From Candidatus Omnitrophota bacterium (GTDB lineage Bacteria > Omnitrophota > Gorgyraeia > B26-G9), in the NCBI GenBank assembly GCA_043814605.1, contig JBDRJV010000007.1, positions 67,354-131,353 on the forward strand: a stretch of DNA of 64,000 nucleotides. Direction: 5' to 3'. Within the stretch, counting starts at the first letter, position 1. Every line of letters starts with the position of its first letter. A program made the position numbers and the translations under genes. Under the pieces are notes generated by a model. It ran no database searches, was not told the origin of the DNA, and worked only from the letters and a program-made list of their open reading frames with translations. This document shows positions 26,198-36,430 of this stretch, piece by piece.

Positions 26198-27883
26198 ATG
26201 TTTAGTTTATATAAAGAATCAATCGGGCTGGAAATCGGCGACGGATTAGTTAAAGCCATGCTGATTAAATCTAATGCCCGAGAAAATAAATTAATTGGCT
26301 TTTCCCTGCAGGAGGTTAATTTCCGGGACGGGCGCCAGGGAATAATTAATGCCGTGCAGCATGTGCTTAATGAATTAGGCGTAAATAAAAAAAAGCATAA
26401 GGTGAATATTTCTGTTTCCGGAGAATCCGTAATGGTGCGGGATATTCATTGGCCGCAAATGACCGATGAAGAAATACGTAAAGCTTTAAAATTTGAAGTG
26501 GAAAGGCAGGTGCATTATAAAGCCGAAGAAATTGTTTTTGATTATTATTCAATATTAGATAGAAGCATTGCAGAGACAAAAACCCGGGTGGTTCTGGTTG
26601 CTGCTAAGAAAAACTTGATTGAAAATTACCAGAGCTTGATCGAAGCCAGCGGCTACCAATGCGGGTTTATCGAAGTGGATACTTTTAGCCTTTTAAACTG
26701 TTTTTATTTAAACGGCCCTAAAATTGCACCGGAAAAAACAATTGCGGTAATCAGCGTAGGCATGGAAGTTACCAATATTGATATTGTCAAGGGAAGAATT
26801 GTGGGCTTAACAAAGGATGTTTTTGTGGCTTGGAGTAACTTACTGGATGCCTTACCTAAAAATACAGAGCTGGATTTTTCCCAGATTCAGGGATTAAGAG
26901 GATTAGCCGGCAGTGATGATGTTTATGAGCTGGCGTTATTTATTACAAACGCTTTGAGCAGCCAAATCCGGCGGACCATTGAATTTTATGAAAGCCAGGG
27001 CCGGGATACAGTGGATGAAATTTACCTTTCCGGCCGCATGGCCATGTGTAAAAATTTAGATAAATATTTACAGGATATTTTGGGTTTAAAAGTTATCGAG
27101 TGGAATCCTTTAGCAAATTTGCAGATCAATACAAAAACTGTGCAGAAACAAAAAGTATTGGAAAATGCGAAAATGCTGGCAATCAGTACAGGGCTGGGCT
27201 GCCACCGGTCATTTGATATTGATTTATCCACGAAAAAAATAGAGAAAAAGTCAAAGGCTGGCAGTAAAATTTTCTCAGAAAATAAAGCGATAATCGCCGC
27301 AGTTATAATTACAATTTTCTTTTTGCTAGGGCTTTGGGTAGTTTTGATTAGCCAAATTAAGGTTAAAGAGGCAAATAAAGAAAAACTTTCCAATCAAAAA
27401 AAAGAACTAGAAACGGTATTAAAAAGTATTGAAGATTTAAAAAAAGGCCGGGAACTTCTCGGACGGCATATGCTTGTTGCCCGGACCTTATTTTCCCGCA
27501 AATTACTTTGGGCTGAAAAACTTTATCAAATCAGTAAAAATTTACCGGCGGATATTTGGCTGACAGATATCTATATTTCAAAAACATCAAATAAAAAAAA
27601 TATTTCCAAATCTTCGTTTGATGAGATCAATTTTCTTTTTAAAAATGAAGAGCCGCCGAAAATTATTTTAAATCAGGATTCAGAGTCATTGTTTATTAAA
27701 GGCATTGCCTATTCAGATTTTAGCGATAAGATGCTCTTAAGCATTAATGTTTTGATTAGTAACCTTAAAGCAGAAAAAGGGTTTGTCGCCTGTTTTGATA
27801 AAATAGAATTAAACCGTCTTTACCGGCAAAATTTAGGGGAAACGCCGATTATAAAGTTTGAAATTGAGTGCCAGCTTAAATAG
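26198..27883 (+). CDS. Fused PilM-PilN alignment-complex protein
   Basis: Actin-like PilM region (IGLEIG, VVLVAAKK, IRRTIEFY, IYLSG, NPL), then a TM helix, coiled coil and PilN-like LPADIWLT...IKGIA region. Confidence 0.82.
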   Translation: MFSLYKESIGLEIGDGLVKAMLIKSNARENKLIGFSLQEVNFRDGRQGIINAVQHVLNELGVNKKKHKVNISVSGESVMVRDIHWPQMTDEEIRKALKFEVERQVHYKAEEIVFDYYSILDRSIAETKTRVVLVAAKKNLIENYQSLIEASGYQCGFIEVDTFSLLNCFYLNGPKIAPEKTIAVISVGMEVTNIDIVKGRIVGLTKDVFVAWSNLLDALPKNTELDFSQIQGLRGLAGSDDVYELALFITNALSSQIRRTIEFYESQGRDTVDEIYLSGRMAMCKNLDKYLQDILGLKVIEWNPLANLQINTKTVQKQKVLENAKMLAISTGLGCHRSFDIDLSTKKIEKKSKAGSKIFSENKAIIAAVIITIFFLLGLWVVLISQIKVKEANKEKLSNQKKELETVLKSIEDLKKGRELLGRHMLVARTLFSRKLLWAEKLYQISKNLPADIWLTDIYISKTSNKKNISKSSFDEINFLFKNEEPPKIILNQDSESLFIKGIAYSDFSDKMLLSINVLISNLKAEKGFVACFDKIELNRLYRQNLGETPIIKFEIECQLK

Positions 27884-27892
27884 GATAAATTT

Positions 27893-28471
27893 ATGAACAG
27901 AGAAATTAAACGAAAAGACCAAGTCCTGATTGCCGGAATTGTGATTATCGGTATTATAATTGGGGCATCTTTTTTGTTTATCTTCCAGCCTTTATTAAAA
28001 CAGATTTTAAATTATAATAATGAGGAAAAAGCAATTAAGGCGGAATTAGAAAAGGTTTTAAATGTAGCCAAAGATAAAGAAGAATTACAAGCGGAAGTAA
28101 AGGGAATTGAGGATAAAATCGCCGCTTACGAACAAAAACTTTCCCAGCAAACCGATATTCCGCAAATGCTGGATGATTTAATCCGGATTGGCAGAAAGAG
28201 CAATGTTGAGTTTGTCTCGATTGAGCCGCAAAAATTAGAGGTAATTACTTTTAAAACAGATGAGCTAAAAAAATATCTTAAAATCCCCATTGATATTACG
28301 TTAAGGGCCGGATATCATGAGGTGGCGCAGTTTGCCAATTATATTGAGAATAGTGAGCAATTCATGAAGATAGATGATGTTAAAATTAGTGGTAACCGGG
28401 AAGAACCATTAAGACATTCTATTGATTTAACGATAAGTGCTTTTGCGAAAGAAACAGAGAACAATGAATAA
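27893..28471 (+). CDS. pilO: Type IV pilus protein PilO
   Basis: TM, coiled coil, IPQMLDDL, IPIDITLRAGYHEVAQF. Confidence 0.85.
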   Translation: MNREIKRKDQVLIAGIVIIGIIIGASFLFIFQPLLKQILNYNNEEKAIKAELEKVLNVAKDKEELQAEVKGIEDKIAAYEQKLSQQTDIPQMLDDLIRIGRKSNVEFVSIEPQKLEVITFKTDELKKYLKIPIDITLRAGYHEVAQFANYIENSEQFMKIDDVKISGNREEPLRHSIDLTISAFAKETENNE

Positions 28472-28907
28472 TTTAAGAATTTTAAAATTTATTTTTTTGA
28501 TTATTTTTTTAATGACTTTGAGCCTATCCAAGCCGCTAAAAATTTTGGGCCAGGATACAGGGCAAAATAGTAAATTTATTTATCAGCCTGAAGGCCGGCC
28601 GGATCCGTTTATTCCGTTGCTGGATAGCACCGGGTTTCTCAAGGAGAAGGGGTTAAGCCAGCAGCAGGAATTTAACAATAGACTGACAAAAATCAAAATT
28701 AACGGTGTGTTTTGGGATAAGGAAATGCCAGTAGTGATGATTAATGGAAAATTTTATAAACAAAACGATGAAATTTTTGAGGTAAAAATCAAAGAGATAA
28801 ATTATGACAGTGTGGTTTTAGAATATTATGAATTGAAACATGAAATTTCTTTGATTGAAAAAAAGAAATTTGATGTGCAAGGAGGAATCCATGATGGTAT
28901 TTTTTAA
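28464..28907 (+). CDS. PilP-like protein
   Basis: Signal/TM, Y.PEGRPDPFIPL motif, beta-rich C-terminus; between pilO and the secretin. Confidence 0.72.
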   Translation: MNNLRILKFIFLIIFLMTLSLSKPLKILGQDTGQNSKFIYQPEGRPDPFIPLLDSTGFLKEKGLSQQQEFNNRLTKIKINGVFWDKEMPVVMINGKFYKQNDEIFEVKIKEINYDSVVLEYYELKHEISLIEKKKFDVQGGIHDGIF

Positions 28908-30462
28908 ATTTACTAAAAAAAGGCGGTTTAGTTTTATTGTAGGCTTGTTACTATTATTAATATTCAGTTCCCATATCGGGATTACCCAGGAAATATCCAA
29001 TCCGCCTGCTAATTCGGATGAGGGAAAGCTATCTATCCGCGTAAAAGACACGAATATTAAGGAAATTTTAGATATATTGGCAATTAAAGGGAAAGTGAAT
29101 ATTATTGCCGGGGATGATGTTAATAATCTGGTTTCAGTGCAGCTTAAAGATGTTTATTGGGAGCAGGCACTGGATATAATTTTAAAAACTTACAATTATA
29201 CTTACAAAAGAGAAGATAATCTGATCCGGGTGATTAGTTTAAACCAGGCAATGGAGGAAGAAAATAAAGTGCCTTTAGTGACCAAAATTATTTCTTTAAA
29301 TTTTGCTTCGGTAAATAATTTAAAAACTTCTTTAAGTAAAATGCTGAGTAAAAGAGGCAATATTGAAATTGATCTGAGAACGAATTCCTTGATCATTACA
29401 GATATTTCTGAAAATGTAGATAAAATTATAAATGCGGCGGAGCAGCTTGATTCCCGTACGCCGCAGGTATTGATTGAGGCAATGATGGTTGATGTAAAAA
29501 TTCAGGAAGATGACCAATGGGGTACGCAAATGTTTGTCGCGGGTCTAAAATCAAAAATGGATGCAGCCCAACTGAATACAGCAATGCCGGCAGATGAAAT
29601 AAATACTTTTTCCTTCCGGACAATTACGGATAGTTTTGATGTGGTCGGACTTTTGGATATGTGGCTTAAACAAAATAGAGCGACAATTTTAGCTAATCCA
29701 AAAGTTCTTACCTTAGATAACCAGGAAGCAAAAATTGAAATAATCGAGGAAATTCCTTACTTAGAAACAGTGGACTCAGGTTCCGGGACAACAACGAACG
29801 TAAAGTTTAAGGATGCCGGGATCAAACTATCTGTAACCCCGCATATTACACAAGGAAATTTTATTTCGATGAATGTAAAACCCGAGCAGAGTTTTAAGTC
29901 CAGTGAACTGGGCGGGCAGCCGATTATTGATTCCCGCCGCGCGGAAACAAACCTTCTGGTTAAAGATGGGCAGACTATTGTTATCGGAGGTTTAAGGCAG
30001 TCAAAGGATACAACAATTTATGAGAAAGTGCCATTTTTGGGGGATATCCCGGTAATCAGTATTTTTTTTAAAAAAAGAAGTATCCAAAAGGTTGAGACAG
30101 AGCTGATGTTGTTTGTTACCCCGCGTATTATTATCGAACCCCTGCTTAAAGATAGAGAGTTAGAATTACACGAAAAATTATCTAAGACTAAACGCGTGGT
30201 TATGGATGAACGCACTGAGCCAGAAAAAATAAAAGAATTTACCCGGTCAGTTACGGATAGATTTAAGGCTAAAAAGATTGAGGAAAAGGAAGTGAATAAA
30301 AAGCTCAAAAAAAGAAATAGAAAAACAAGAGAAAGATTCGTTAATTCTAAAATAGATGATAAATATAAATCCATAACCCGGGAATCAGCTCCACCCCAAG
30401 CCGAACGCCTGGATAGTGAAGAAGCTACGTTGAGAGAGTCTTTGGATATGATTAAAAAATAA
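28891..30462 (+). CDS. pilQ: Secretin PilQ (short, no AMIN domains, charged C-terminal tail)
   Basis: DLRTNSLII, PQVLIEA, GIKLSVTPHI, VKDGQTIVIGGL, KVPFLGDIP, ELMLFVTPRII; SD GGAGG before the ATG at 28891. Confidence 0.9.
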   Translation: MMVFFKFTKKRRFSFIVGLLLLLIFSSHIGITQEISNPPANSDEGKLSIRVKDTNIKEILDILAIKGKVNIIAGDDVNNLVSVQLKDVYWEQALDIILKTYNYTYKREDNLIRVISLNQAMEEENKVPLVTKIISLNFASVNNLKTSLSKMLSKRGNIEIDLRTNSLIITDISENVDKIINAAEQLDSRTPQVLIEAMMVDVKIQEDDQWGTQMFVAGLKSKMDAAQLNTAMPADEINTFSFRTITDSFDVVGLLDMWLKQNRATILANPKVLTLDNQEAKIEIIEEIPYLETVDSGSGTTTNVKFKDAGIKLSVTPHITQGNFISMNVKPEQSFKSSELGGQPIIDSRRAETNLLVKDGQTIVIGGLRQSKDTTIYEKVPFLGDIPVISIFFKKRSIQKVETELMLFVTPRIIIEPLLKDRELELHEKLSKTKRVVMDERTEPEKIKEFTRSVTDRFKAKKIEEKEVNKKLKKRNRKTRERFVNSKIDDKYKSITRESAPPQAERLDSEEATLRESLDMIKK

Positions 30463-30488
30463 ATTCCCTCCGCAATTTTTCTTTAAGG

Positions 30489-30516
30489 TTGACAATTTAC
30501 CAATTATTTGTATAAT
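30489..30516 (+). promoter_or_regulatory. sigma70 promoter of the nusA-infB operon
   Basis: TTGACA-16 nt-TATAAT. Confidence 0.72.
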
Positions 30517-30542
30517 ATTTAAATACATAGGCCAGGCGTATG

Positions 30543-30569
30543 AAGTGGGAAATAATTCCCACTTTTTTT
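30543..30569 (+). promoter_or_regulatory. rimP-leader-like attenuator hairpin
   Basis: AAGTGGGAA-ATAA-TTCCCACTT plus T-run; resembles the AGTGGG/CCCACT hairpin conserved ahead of rimP-nusA-infB. Confidence 0.7.
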
Positions 30570-30751
30570 GTGGTCGGATTATTTATTATTACAATTGATA
30601 TTAATAAATATTTTTTTAGTGCAAATATCCTAGTCGCAAATAATGTAAAACACAGAGTAAAGCTGGTTATTTGCGATAACTAACTGTAATCAAATAAATT
30701 ACATAATTAACATTAATGATATTTTTAAAAAATTAGAAATTAGGTGCAAAT

Positions 30752-31900
30752 ATGAGCAATGAACTGTTATTAGTATTAGACTATATTGAAAGAGAAAAAG
30801 GTATTAACCGGCAGATAATTGTTTCCGCAATTGAGTCTGCGTTAATGTCTGCGGCGCGTAAACGCTTTGGAGAAGCCGCAGATTTGACTGTGAGCATTGA
30901 TTCTAAAACCGGTCAGATTATTGTGTTACTTGAAGGTAAGGAAACAAAGTCCGCAGGCTTTGGCCGGATTGCGGCTCAGACTGCACGTCAGATAATTACT
31001 CAAAAAATCAGAGAAGCAGAAAGAGAAGTAGTGTTTGGCGATTATCAGAGTAAAATCGGCGATATTACTAATGGAATTGTGCACCGCTTTGAGCGGGGAA
31101 ATATTATTGTGGATTTAGGTAAGACTGAAGGAGTGCTTTCCTTTAAAGAGATTTTACCGAAAGAGGAGTTTAAACAGGGAGCACGTGTCCGGGCTTTAAT
31201 TTTGGATGTAAAAAAGACTAACAAAGGGCCGCAGATTATTCTTTCACGCACGAATGCGGGTTTTGTTAAAAGACTTTTTGAATTGGAAGTGCCGGAAATT
31301 TATGAGGGAATTGTGGAAATAAAAGCAGTTTCTCGTTTAGCCGGAGAAAGAACAAAAGTCGCTGTTTATTCCAAAGATGATAAAATTGATTGTGTGGGTG
31401 CGTGCGTAGGCGTGCGCGGCTCAAGAATTAAAAATATTGTGCGTGAATTACACGGAGAAAAAGTAGATATTGTCCGGTGGAATGCAAATATTAATGAGTA
31501 TGTAAAGGCCGCGATTTCTCCGGCAAAAGTAGATAAAATTACCCTAAGTGAAACAGAAAGTAAAATGGATATTGTGGTTGAAGATGACCAGCTTTCTCTG
31601 GCGATCGGTAAAAAGGGCCAGAATGTGCGTTTGGCTTCTAAACTCATCGGATGGTCGATAAATATCAGCAGCCAATCTCAAGTACTTGAGGAGAACAAAG
31701 CAAAAGTAGATATAGGTAAAAAATCAATTTTAGCGCAAGTTCCCGGAATTGGAAAAAAGACTTTAGAGGCTTTGATTGAGGCTGGGTTTGATCAGCCTGA
31801 GGTTCTGGCAAAGGCGAGCGCAGCGGATCTAACGAAAGTCAAGGGTGTGGGAAAGAAAAGAGCGGAACAGATAGTTGAAGAAGTAAAGAAACTTGTTTGA
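30752..31900 (+). CDS. nusA: Transcription factor NusA
   Basis: FGRIAAQTARQ, S1 and KH domains (GACVGVRGSRI, AIGKKGQNVRLA), C-terminal HhH. Confidence 0.96.
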   Translation: MSNELLLVLDYIEREKGINRQIIVSAIESALMSAARKRFGEAADLTVSIDSKTGQIIVLLEGKETKSAGFGRIAAQTARQIITQKIREAEREVVFGDYQSKIGDITNGIVHRFERGNIIVDLGKTEGVLSFKEILPKEEFKQGARVRALILDVKKTNKGPQIILSRTNAGFVKRLFELEVPEIYEGIVEIKAVSRLAGERTKVAVYSKDDKIDCVGACVGVRGSRIKNIVRELHGEKVDIVRWNANINEYVKAAISPAKVDKITLSETESKMDIVVEDDQLSLAIGKKGQNVRLASKLIGWSINISSQSQVLEENKAKVDIGKKSILAQVPGIGKKTLEALIEAGFDQPEVLAKASAADLTKVKGVGKKRAEQIVEEVKKLV

Positions 31901-31919
31901 GTTGTAAATTTAAAAAAGG

Positions 31920-33881
31920 ATGAACATGAGTGTAAGGGTTTACGAATTAGCCAAGGAACTCGGATTTGCGAGTAAAGAGTTTGTGAAAGTGCTTAAAAGT
32001 ATGCATATTTCTGTAAAGGGGCATATGAGTGCATTAGATGCGGATACAGCAGAAATTATTCGTCATGAATTTCAGGAAAAAGCGGCAAAAGCTAAAACAA
32101 CTAAACCTGCAGAAAAAAAACCCCGGTTAAAACCATTGGTTTTAAAAATACCGCTTACCGTTAAAGAATTATCGATTAAACTGCAAACAAGTACAACGGA
32201 TATTATTAAAGCATTAATGAAAATGAATGTAACCGCAGGGATTAATCAGAGTTTAGAAAAAGACATAGTTGAAAAGATTGCTGAAAAATACGGATTTATG
32301 ATCGAAGCCGAAAAGACGGAAGAAGAAAAACTTTTGATTAAACATCTAAAATCAGATAAAAAAGGTACTCATTTACGTCAGCCTGTAGTTACCTTTATGG
32401 GACATGTTGACCATGGAAAAACTTCTTTATTAGATGTGATCCGTAAATCAAATGTTACGGATCAGGAGTCTGGCGGTATTACCCAGCATATCGGGGCTTA
32501 TGAAGTTAATCTCCCGAAAGGAAAAATTACATTTTTAGATACTCCGGGCCACGAGGCTTTTACAGCGATGCGCGCACGCGGGGCAAACATTACGGATATT
32601 GTGGTAATTGTTATTGCTGCGGATGATGGGATTATGCCGCAAACCGTGGAAGCGATAAACCATGCTAAGGCCGCGGGAGTGCCCATAATTGTGGCAATTA
32701 ATAAAATTGATCTGCCGGGTGCAAATATTGATCAGGTAAAAAGACAATTGACAGAGCATGGCTTAACCAGTGAAGATTGGGGCGGAAAAACAATCACTGT
32801 ACCTGTTTCGGCAAAAAACAAGACAGGGATTGATCACCTTTTAGATATGTTATTACTGGAGGCGGAAATGTTGGAATTAAAAGCCTCACCAGAGAGTTTA
32901 GCCCGGGGAACAATAATTGAAAGTAAGCTTTCTAAAGGCACTGGGCCAACCGCAACAATTTTAGTTCAAAACGGTACTTTAAAAACCGGCGATATTTTTG
33001 TTTGCGGGTTAAGTTATGGAAAAGTACGTTTCATGATTAATGACCAGGGCCAAAGGATTGATTCTGCCGGGCCTTGCCTGCCGGTTGAAATATCCGGGCT
33101 TTCCCAAGTAGCGCAGGTGGGTGATGTTTTTTATGTGGTTGAGGATGAGAAAAAAGCTAAAGAACTTTCCGAAAAGAAAAACGTTGAGCTGCGTAATCAA
33201 AGATTAATGCCGGCACAGCGGGTAAGTTTAGAAGAGCTTTTTCAAAAGGCCCAAGAAGGTGAGATTAAAGAATTAAGCATTGTTTTAAAAGCAGATGTGC
33301 AAGGGTCATTGGAAGCATTAACCGGTTCTTTAAAAACCCTCGCGACAAAAGATATCAGTTTAAAGATAATTCATGCTCAAGTGGGGACAATTAATGAATC
33401 CGATGTGATGTTAGCGCTTGCCAGTAATGCGATTATTATTGGGTTTCACGTGAATATTGAAGCTAAGGCCAAAGATATTGCGGAACTTAAAGGTATTCAA
33501 GTTAGGCTTTACCGGATTATTTATGAAGTAATTAATGATGTGCGTTTAAGCATGGAAGGGTTATTAGAACCGACCATAAAAGAGACGTTTATTGGACGGG
33601 CAAAGGTTTTACAGATTTTTAAAATATCTAATTTTGGCAAAATTGCCGGTTGTACTGTGGTTAAGGGAAAATTTATGCGTAATGCAGATTTATTCCGGCT
33701 CTATCGTAAGGAACAATGTTTATTTGAAGGTAAATTAGATTCATTGAAAAGATATAAGGATGATGTTAAAGAAGTTGTCGAAGGTATGGAATGCGGTATT
33801 TCATTAGAAAAATTTTTTAATATTGAACCAGAAGATATTATTGAATGCTATCATATTGAAAAAATAGCACGTAAACTCTAA
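31920..33881 (+). CDS. infB: Translation initiation factor IF-2
   Basis: [41 protein letters not shown]. Confidence 0.97.
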   Translation: MNMSVRVYELAKELGFASKEFVKVLKSMHISVKGHMSALDADTAEIIRHEFQEKAAKAKTTKPAEKKPRLKPLVLKIPLTVKELSIKLQTSTTDIIKALMKMNVTAGINQSLEKDIVEKIAEKYGFMIEAEKTEEEKLLIKHLKSDKKGTHLRQPVVTFMGHVDHGKTSLLDVIRKSNVTDQESGGITQHIGAYEVNLPKGKITFLDTPGHEAFTAMRARGANITDIVVIVIAADDGIMPQTVEAINHAKAAGVPIIVAINKIDLPGANIDQVKRQLTEHGLTSEDWGGKTITVPVSAKNKTGIDHLLDMLLLEAEMLELKASPESLARGTIIESKLSKGTGPTATILVQNGTLKTGDIFVCGLSYGKVRFMINDQGQRIDSAGPCLPVEISGLSQVAQVGDVFYVVEDEKKAKELSEKKNVELRNQRLMPAQRVSLEELFQKAQEGEIKELSIVLKADVQGSLEALTGSLKTLATKDISLKIIHAQVGTINESDVMLALASNAIIIGFHVNIEAKAKDIAELKGIQVRLYRIIYEVINDVRLSMEGLLEPTIKETFIGRAKVLQIFKISNFGKIAGCTVVKGKFMRNADLFRLYRKEQCLFEGKLDSLKRYKDDVKEVVEGMECGISLEKFFNIEPEDIIECYHIEKIARKL

Positions 33882-33897
33882 TTTCAATGCAGGAAAA

Positions 33898-34881
33898 ATG
33901 AAGAAAAGAATTCTTAGCGGCATGCGCCCTACAGGAAAACTGCACTTAGGGCATCTGGTCGGGGCTTTAAAAAACTGGAAACAATTGCAGGAAAAATATG
34001 ATTGCTTGTTTATGGTGGCGGATTGGCACGCATTGATGAGCGAATATAAGGACCCGGCAAAGCTTAAAGAATATTCAATCGATAATGTAATTGATTGGAT
34101 AAGCTGCGGTGTTAATCCGGAAGAATCAACTCTTTTTATCCAATCTCAGGTTCCTGAGCATTTAGAATTATTTATGGTTTTATCCTGCATCACTCCCTTA
34201 GGCTGGCTGGAGCGCTGTCCGACATACAAAGAGCAATTGCGTGAATTGAAAAACCGGGAAATAAATAATTATGCATTTTTAGGCTATCCGGTTTTACAGG
34301 CAGCGGATATTTTACTCTACAAGGCAGAGGTTGTGCCGGTAGGAGAAGATCAGCTGCCGCATTTAGAATTAACCCGGGAAATTTCTAAGCGATTTAAACA
34401 TATTTTTAAAAAGCAAATTTTTCCTTTTCCGCAGGCAGAATTAACAAAAATTTCCCGGTTGCCGGGATTAGACGGACGAAAAATGTCAAAAAGCTATGAT
34501 AATTTTATTAATTTAAGTGATTCTGCCGACATTGTGGAGAAAAAAGTTATGAGTATGTTTACGGATCCAAAACGCATTAAAAGAACTGATCCGGGTAATC
34601 CCAAAATATGTAATGTGTTTAATTATTACCAGATTTTTAGTGATTTGCAGGTTTGCGGTATAATAGAAAATCAATGCCGAAATGCAGAGATTGGATGTAC
34701 TGATTGTAAGCAGCAGTTTGCGCAAAGACTTAACGATTATTTAAAACCGATTCAGGAAAAAAGAAAAAAACTCAGCGATGATCAGAAAAAGATCAATGAA
34801 ATTTTAGAAACAGGCTGTAAAAAGGCACGAGCAGTTGCAAAAACAACAATGCGGCAAGTCAAAGAAATGATTGGGTTATGA
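33898..34881 (+). CDS. trpS: Tryptophanyl-tRNA synthetase
   Basis: SGMRPTGKLHLGH, YPVLQAADIL, VPVGEDQ, KMSKS. Confidence 0.96.
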   Translation: MKKRILSGMRPTGKLHLGHLVGALKNWKQLQEKYDCLFMVADWHALMSEYKDPAKLKEYSIDNVIDWISCGVNPEESTLFIQSQVPEHLELFMVLSCITPLGWLERCPTYKEQLRELKNREINNYAFLGYPVLQAADILLYKAEVVPVGEDQLPHLELTREISKRFKHIFKKQIFPFPQAELTKISRLPGLDGRKMSKSYDNFINLSDSADIVEKKVMSMFTDPKRIKRTDPGNPKICNVFNYYQIFSDLQVCGIIENQCRNAEIGCTDCKQQFAQRLNDYLKPIQEKRKKLSDDQKKINEILETGCKKARAVAKTTMRQVKEMIGL

Positions 34882-35621
34882 GTTATAAAATAAAACTGGA
34901 AATTTTTGAAGGGCCTTTAGATTTATTGCTCTATTTGATTAAAAGAAATCATTTAAACATTCATGATATCCCGATCACCGAGGTTACCGAGCAATATTTA
35001 CAGTATTTAGAATTAATGCGTTTGCTGGATTTAAATATTGCCGGGGAATTTATTGTCATGGCGGCAACGTTGATGCACATAAAATCAAAAATGTTATTGC
35101 CGCCGGATGAGGTTGAAGAAGAAGTGGAAGAGGCGGATCCCCGAGCGGAATTGGTTAAAAAATTGTTAGAGTATAAAAAATTTAAAGAAGCAGCGGGTTT
35201 TCTGGAGAATCGGGAATCAATTCAAAGAAAAATTTTTAAAAGAGTTAATCCCGCGGCAAATATTGAAGGCGAAGCAGAGGTGTTTTTTGAAACCAGCCTT
35301 TTTGATTTAATTAATGCATTTTCGAAAGCGTTAAAAGATGTGCCGCGTGATATTTTCCGTGAAGTTATTGAAGATGAATTTACGGTAGAGGGGAAAATTC
35401 ACGATTTATTGCATGATTTAGTCAAATATAAAAAACTTTCTTTGACTAAGTTATTTAATATTGCTAAAAATAAACATGAAATTATTGTGATATTTCTTGC
35501 GGTTTTGGAATTAATCAGGCAAAAAGAGGTTATCGGAGCCCAGCAAGGTAACTTTGGGGAAATATATATTTTTCAAAACGAAGAAAAAGTTTTACCCCCG
35601 ATGCATGTGAATGTGATTTAG
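34878..35621 (+). CDS. scpA: Segregation/condensation protein A
   Basis: FEGPLDLLLYLI, IKSKMLLP, FLAVLEL. Confidence 0.95.
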   Translation: MSYKIKLEIFEGPLDLLLYLIKRNHLNIHDIPITEVTEQYLQYLELMRLLDLNIAGEFIVMAATLMHIKSKMLLPPDEVEEEVEEADPRAELVKKLLEYKKFKEAAGFLENRESIQRKIFKRVNPAANIEGEAEVFFETSLFDLINAFSKALKDVPRDIFREVIEDEFTVEGKIHDLLHDLVKYKKLSLTKLFNIAKNKHEIIVIFLAVLELIRQKEVIGAQQGNFGEIYIFQNEEKVLPPMHVNVI

Positions 35622-35632
35622 GAGCAGGGATT

Positions 35633-36430
35633 ATGCCGGATAAAAATTTAAAAAAAATAATTGAGGCGTTATTATTTGTCAGTGAAAAACCCCTGACGCT
35701 AAAACAAATAACCGAGGTCTGTACGGGTGAGGATTTAACCGAAATTAAAAATGCGGTAAAAGAATTAAAAGCAGAATACAGTGATATTGAGAGAGGAATC
35801 CAGATTACTGATGTAGCCGGCGGCTATCAGTTTTCTACTAACCCTGATTGCGGGGATTATTTAAAAAAACTTTACAAGACCCGGACGGTTTGGCGCCTTT
35901 CGGCTCCGGCCTTGGAAACCTTGGCAATTATTGCTTATAAACAGCCGATAACACGTGCGGAAATTGAATTTATTAGAGGGGTAAATGTTGACGGGGTGGT
36001 ACGGACTTTAGAAGAACGGGACTTGATTAAAATAAAGGGAAGAAAAGAAGTTCCGGGAAGGCCTATTTTATATGGGACAACCGATGAGTTTTTGCATTAT
36101 TTTGGTTTAAAGAGTTTACAGAATTTACCTTCCATTGAAGAATATGAGGCAATCGCTTTAGAGAAAGCCAATCAGGCGGAAGCAGAACTAAACCCGGAAA
36201 ATAGAGAAGTTCCGGAGCAGAGAAATGATCCGGAGGAAAAAATACCAGAGGAATCGACTGATCAAGAATTATCCGCAATGGCGGTTGATTCAGAAGAAAT
36301 TAGTGCTGCAGAAGCAGAATTTAACCCGGAGGAAGAAAATACTTCGGATAATGTTGAAAATGTAGTTTTAAGAGAGGGAGAGCTGAATGATGAAGAAGAT
36401 GACCATTCAGAAATTACGAAAAGCAATTGA
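35633..36430 (+). CDS. scpB: Segregation/condensation protein B with acidic C-terminal tail
   Basis: IEALLF, ALETLAIIAYKQP, IRGV, GRPILYGTT. Confidence 0.95.
   Translation: MPDKNLKKIIEALLFVSEKPLTLKQITEVCTGEDLTEIKNAVKELKAEYSDIERGIQITDVAGGYQFSTNPDCGDYLKKLYKTRTVWRLSAPALETLAIIAYKQPITRAEIEFIRGVNVDGVVRTLEERDLIKIKGRKEVPGRPILYGTTDEFLHYFGLKSLQNLPSIEEYEAIALEKANQAEAELNPENREVPEQRNDPEEKIPEESTDQELSAMAVDSEEISAAEAEFNPEEENTSDNVENVVLREGELNDEEDDHSEITKSN

Noticed and set aside
36176-36331. AEAELNPE / AEAEFNPE repeat in the ScpB tail
   Set aside because: Short duplication in a low-complexity acidic tail, which is common in ScpB
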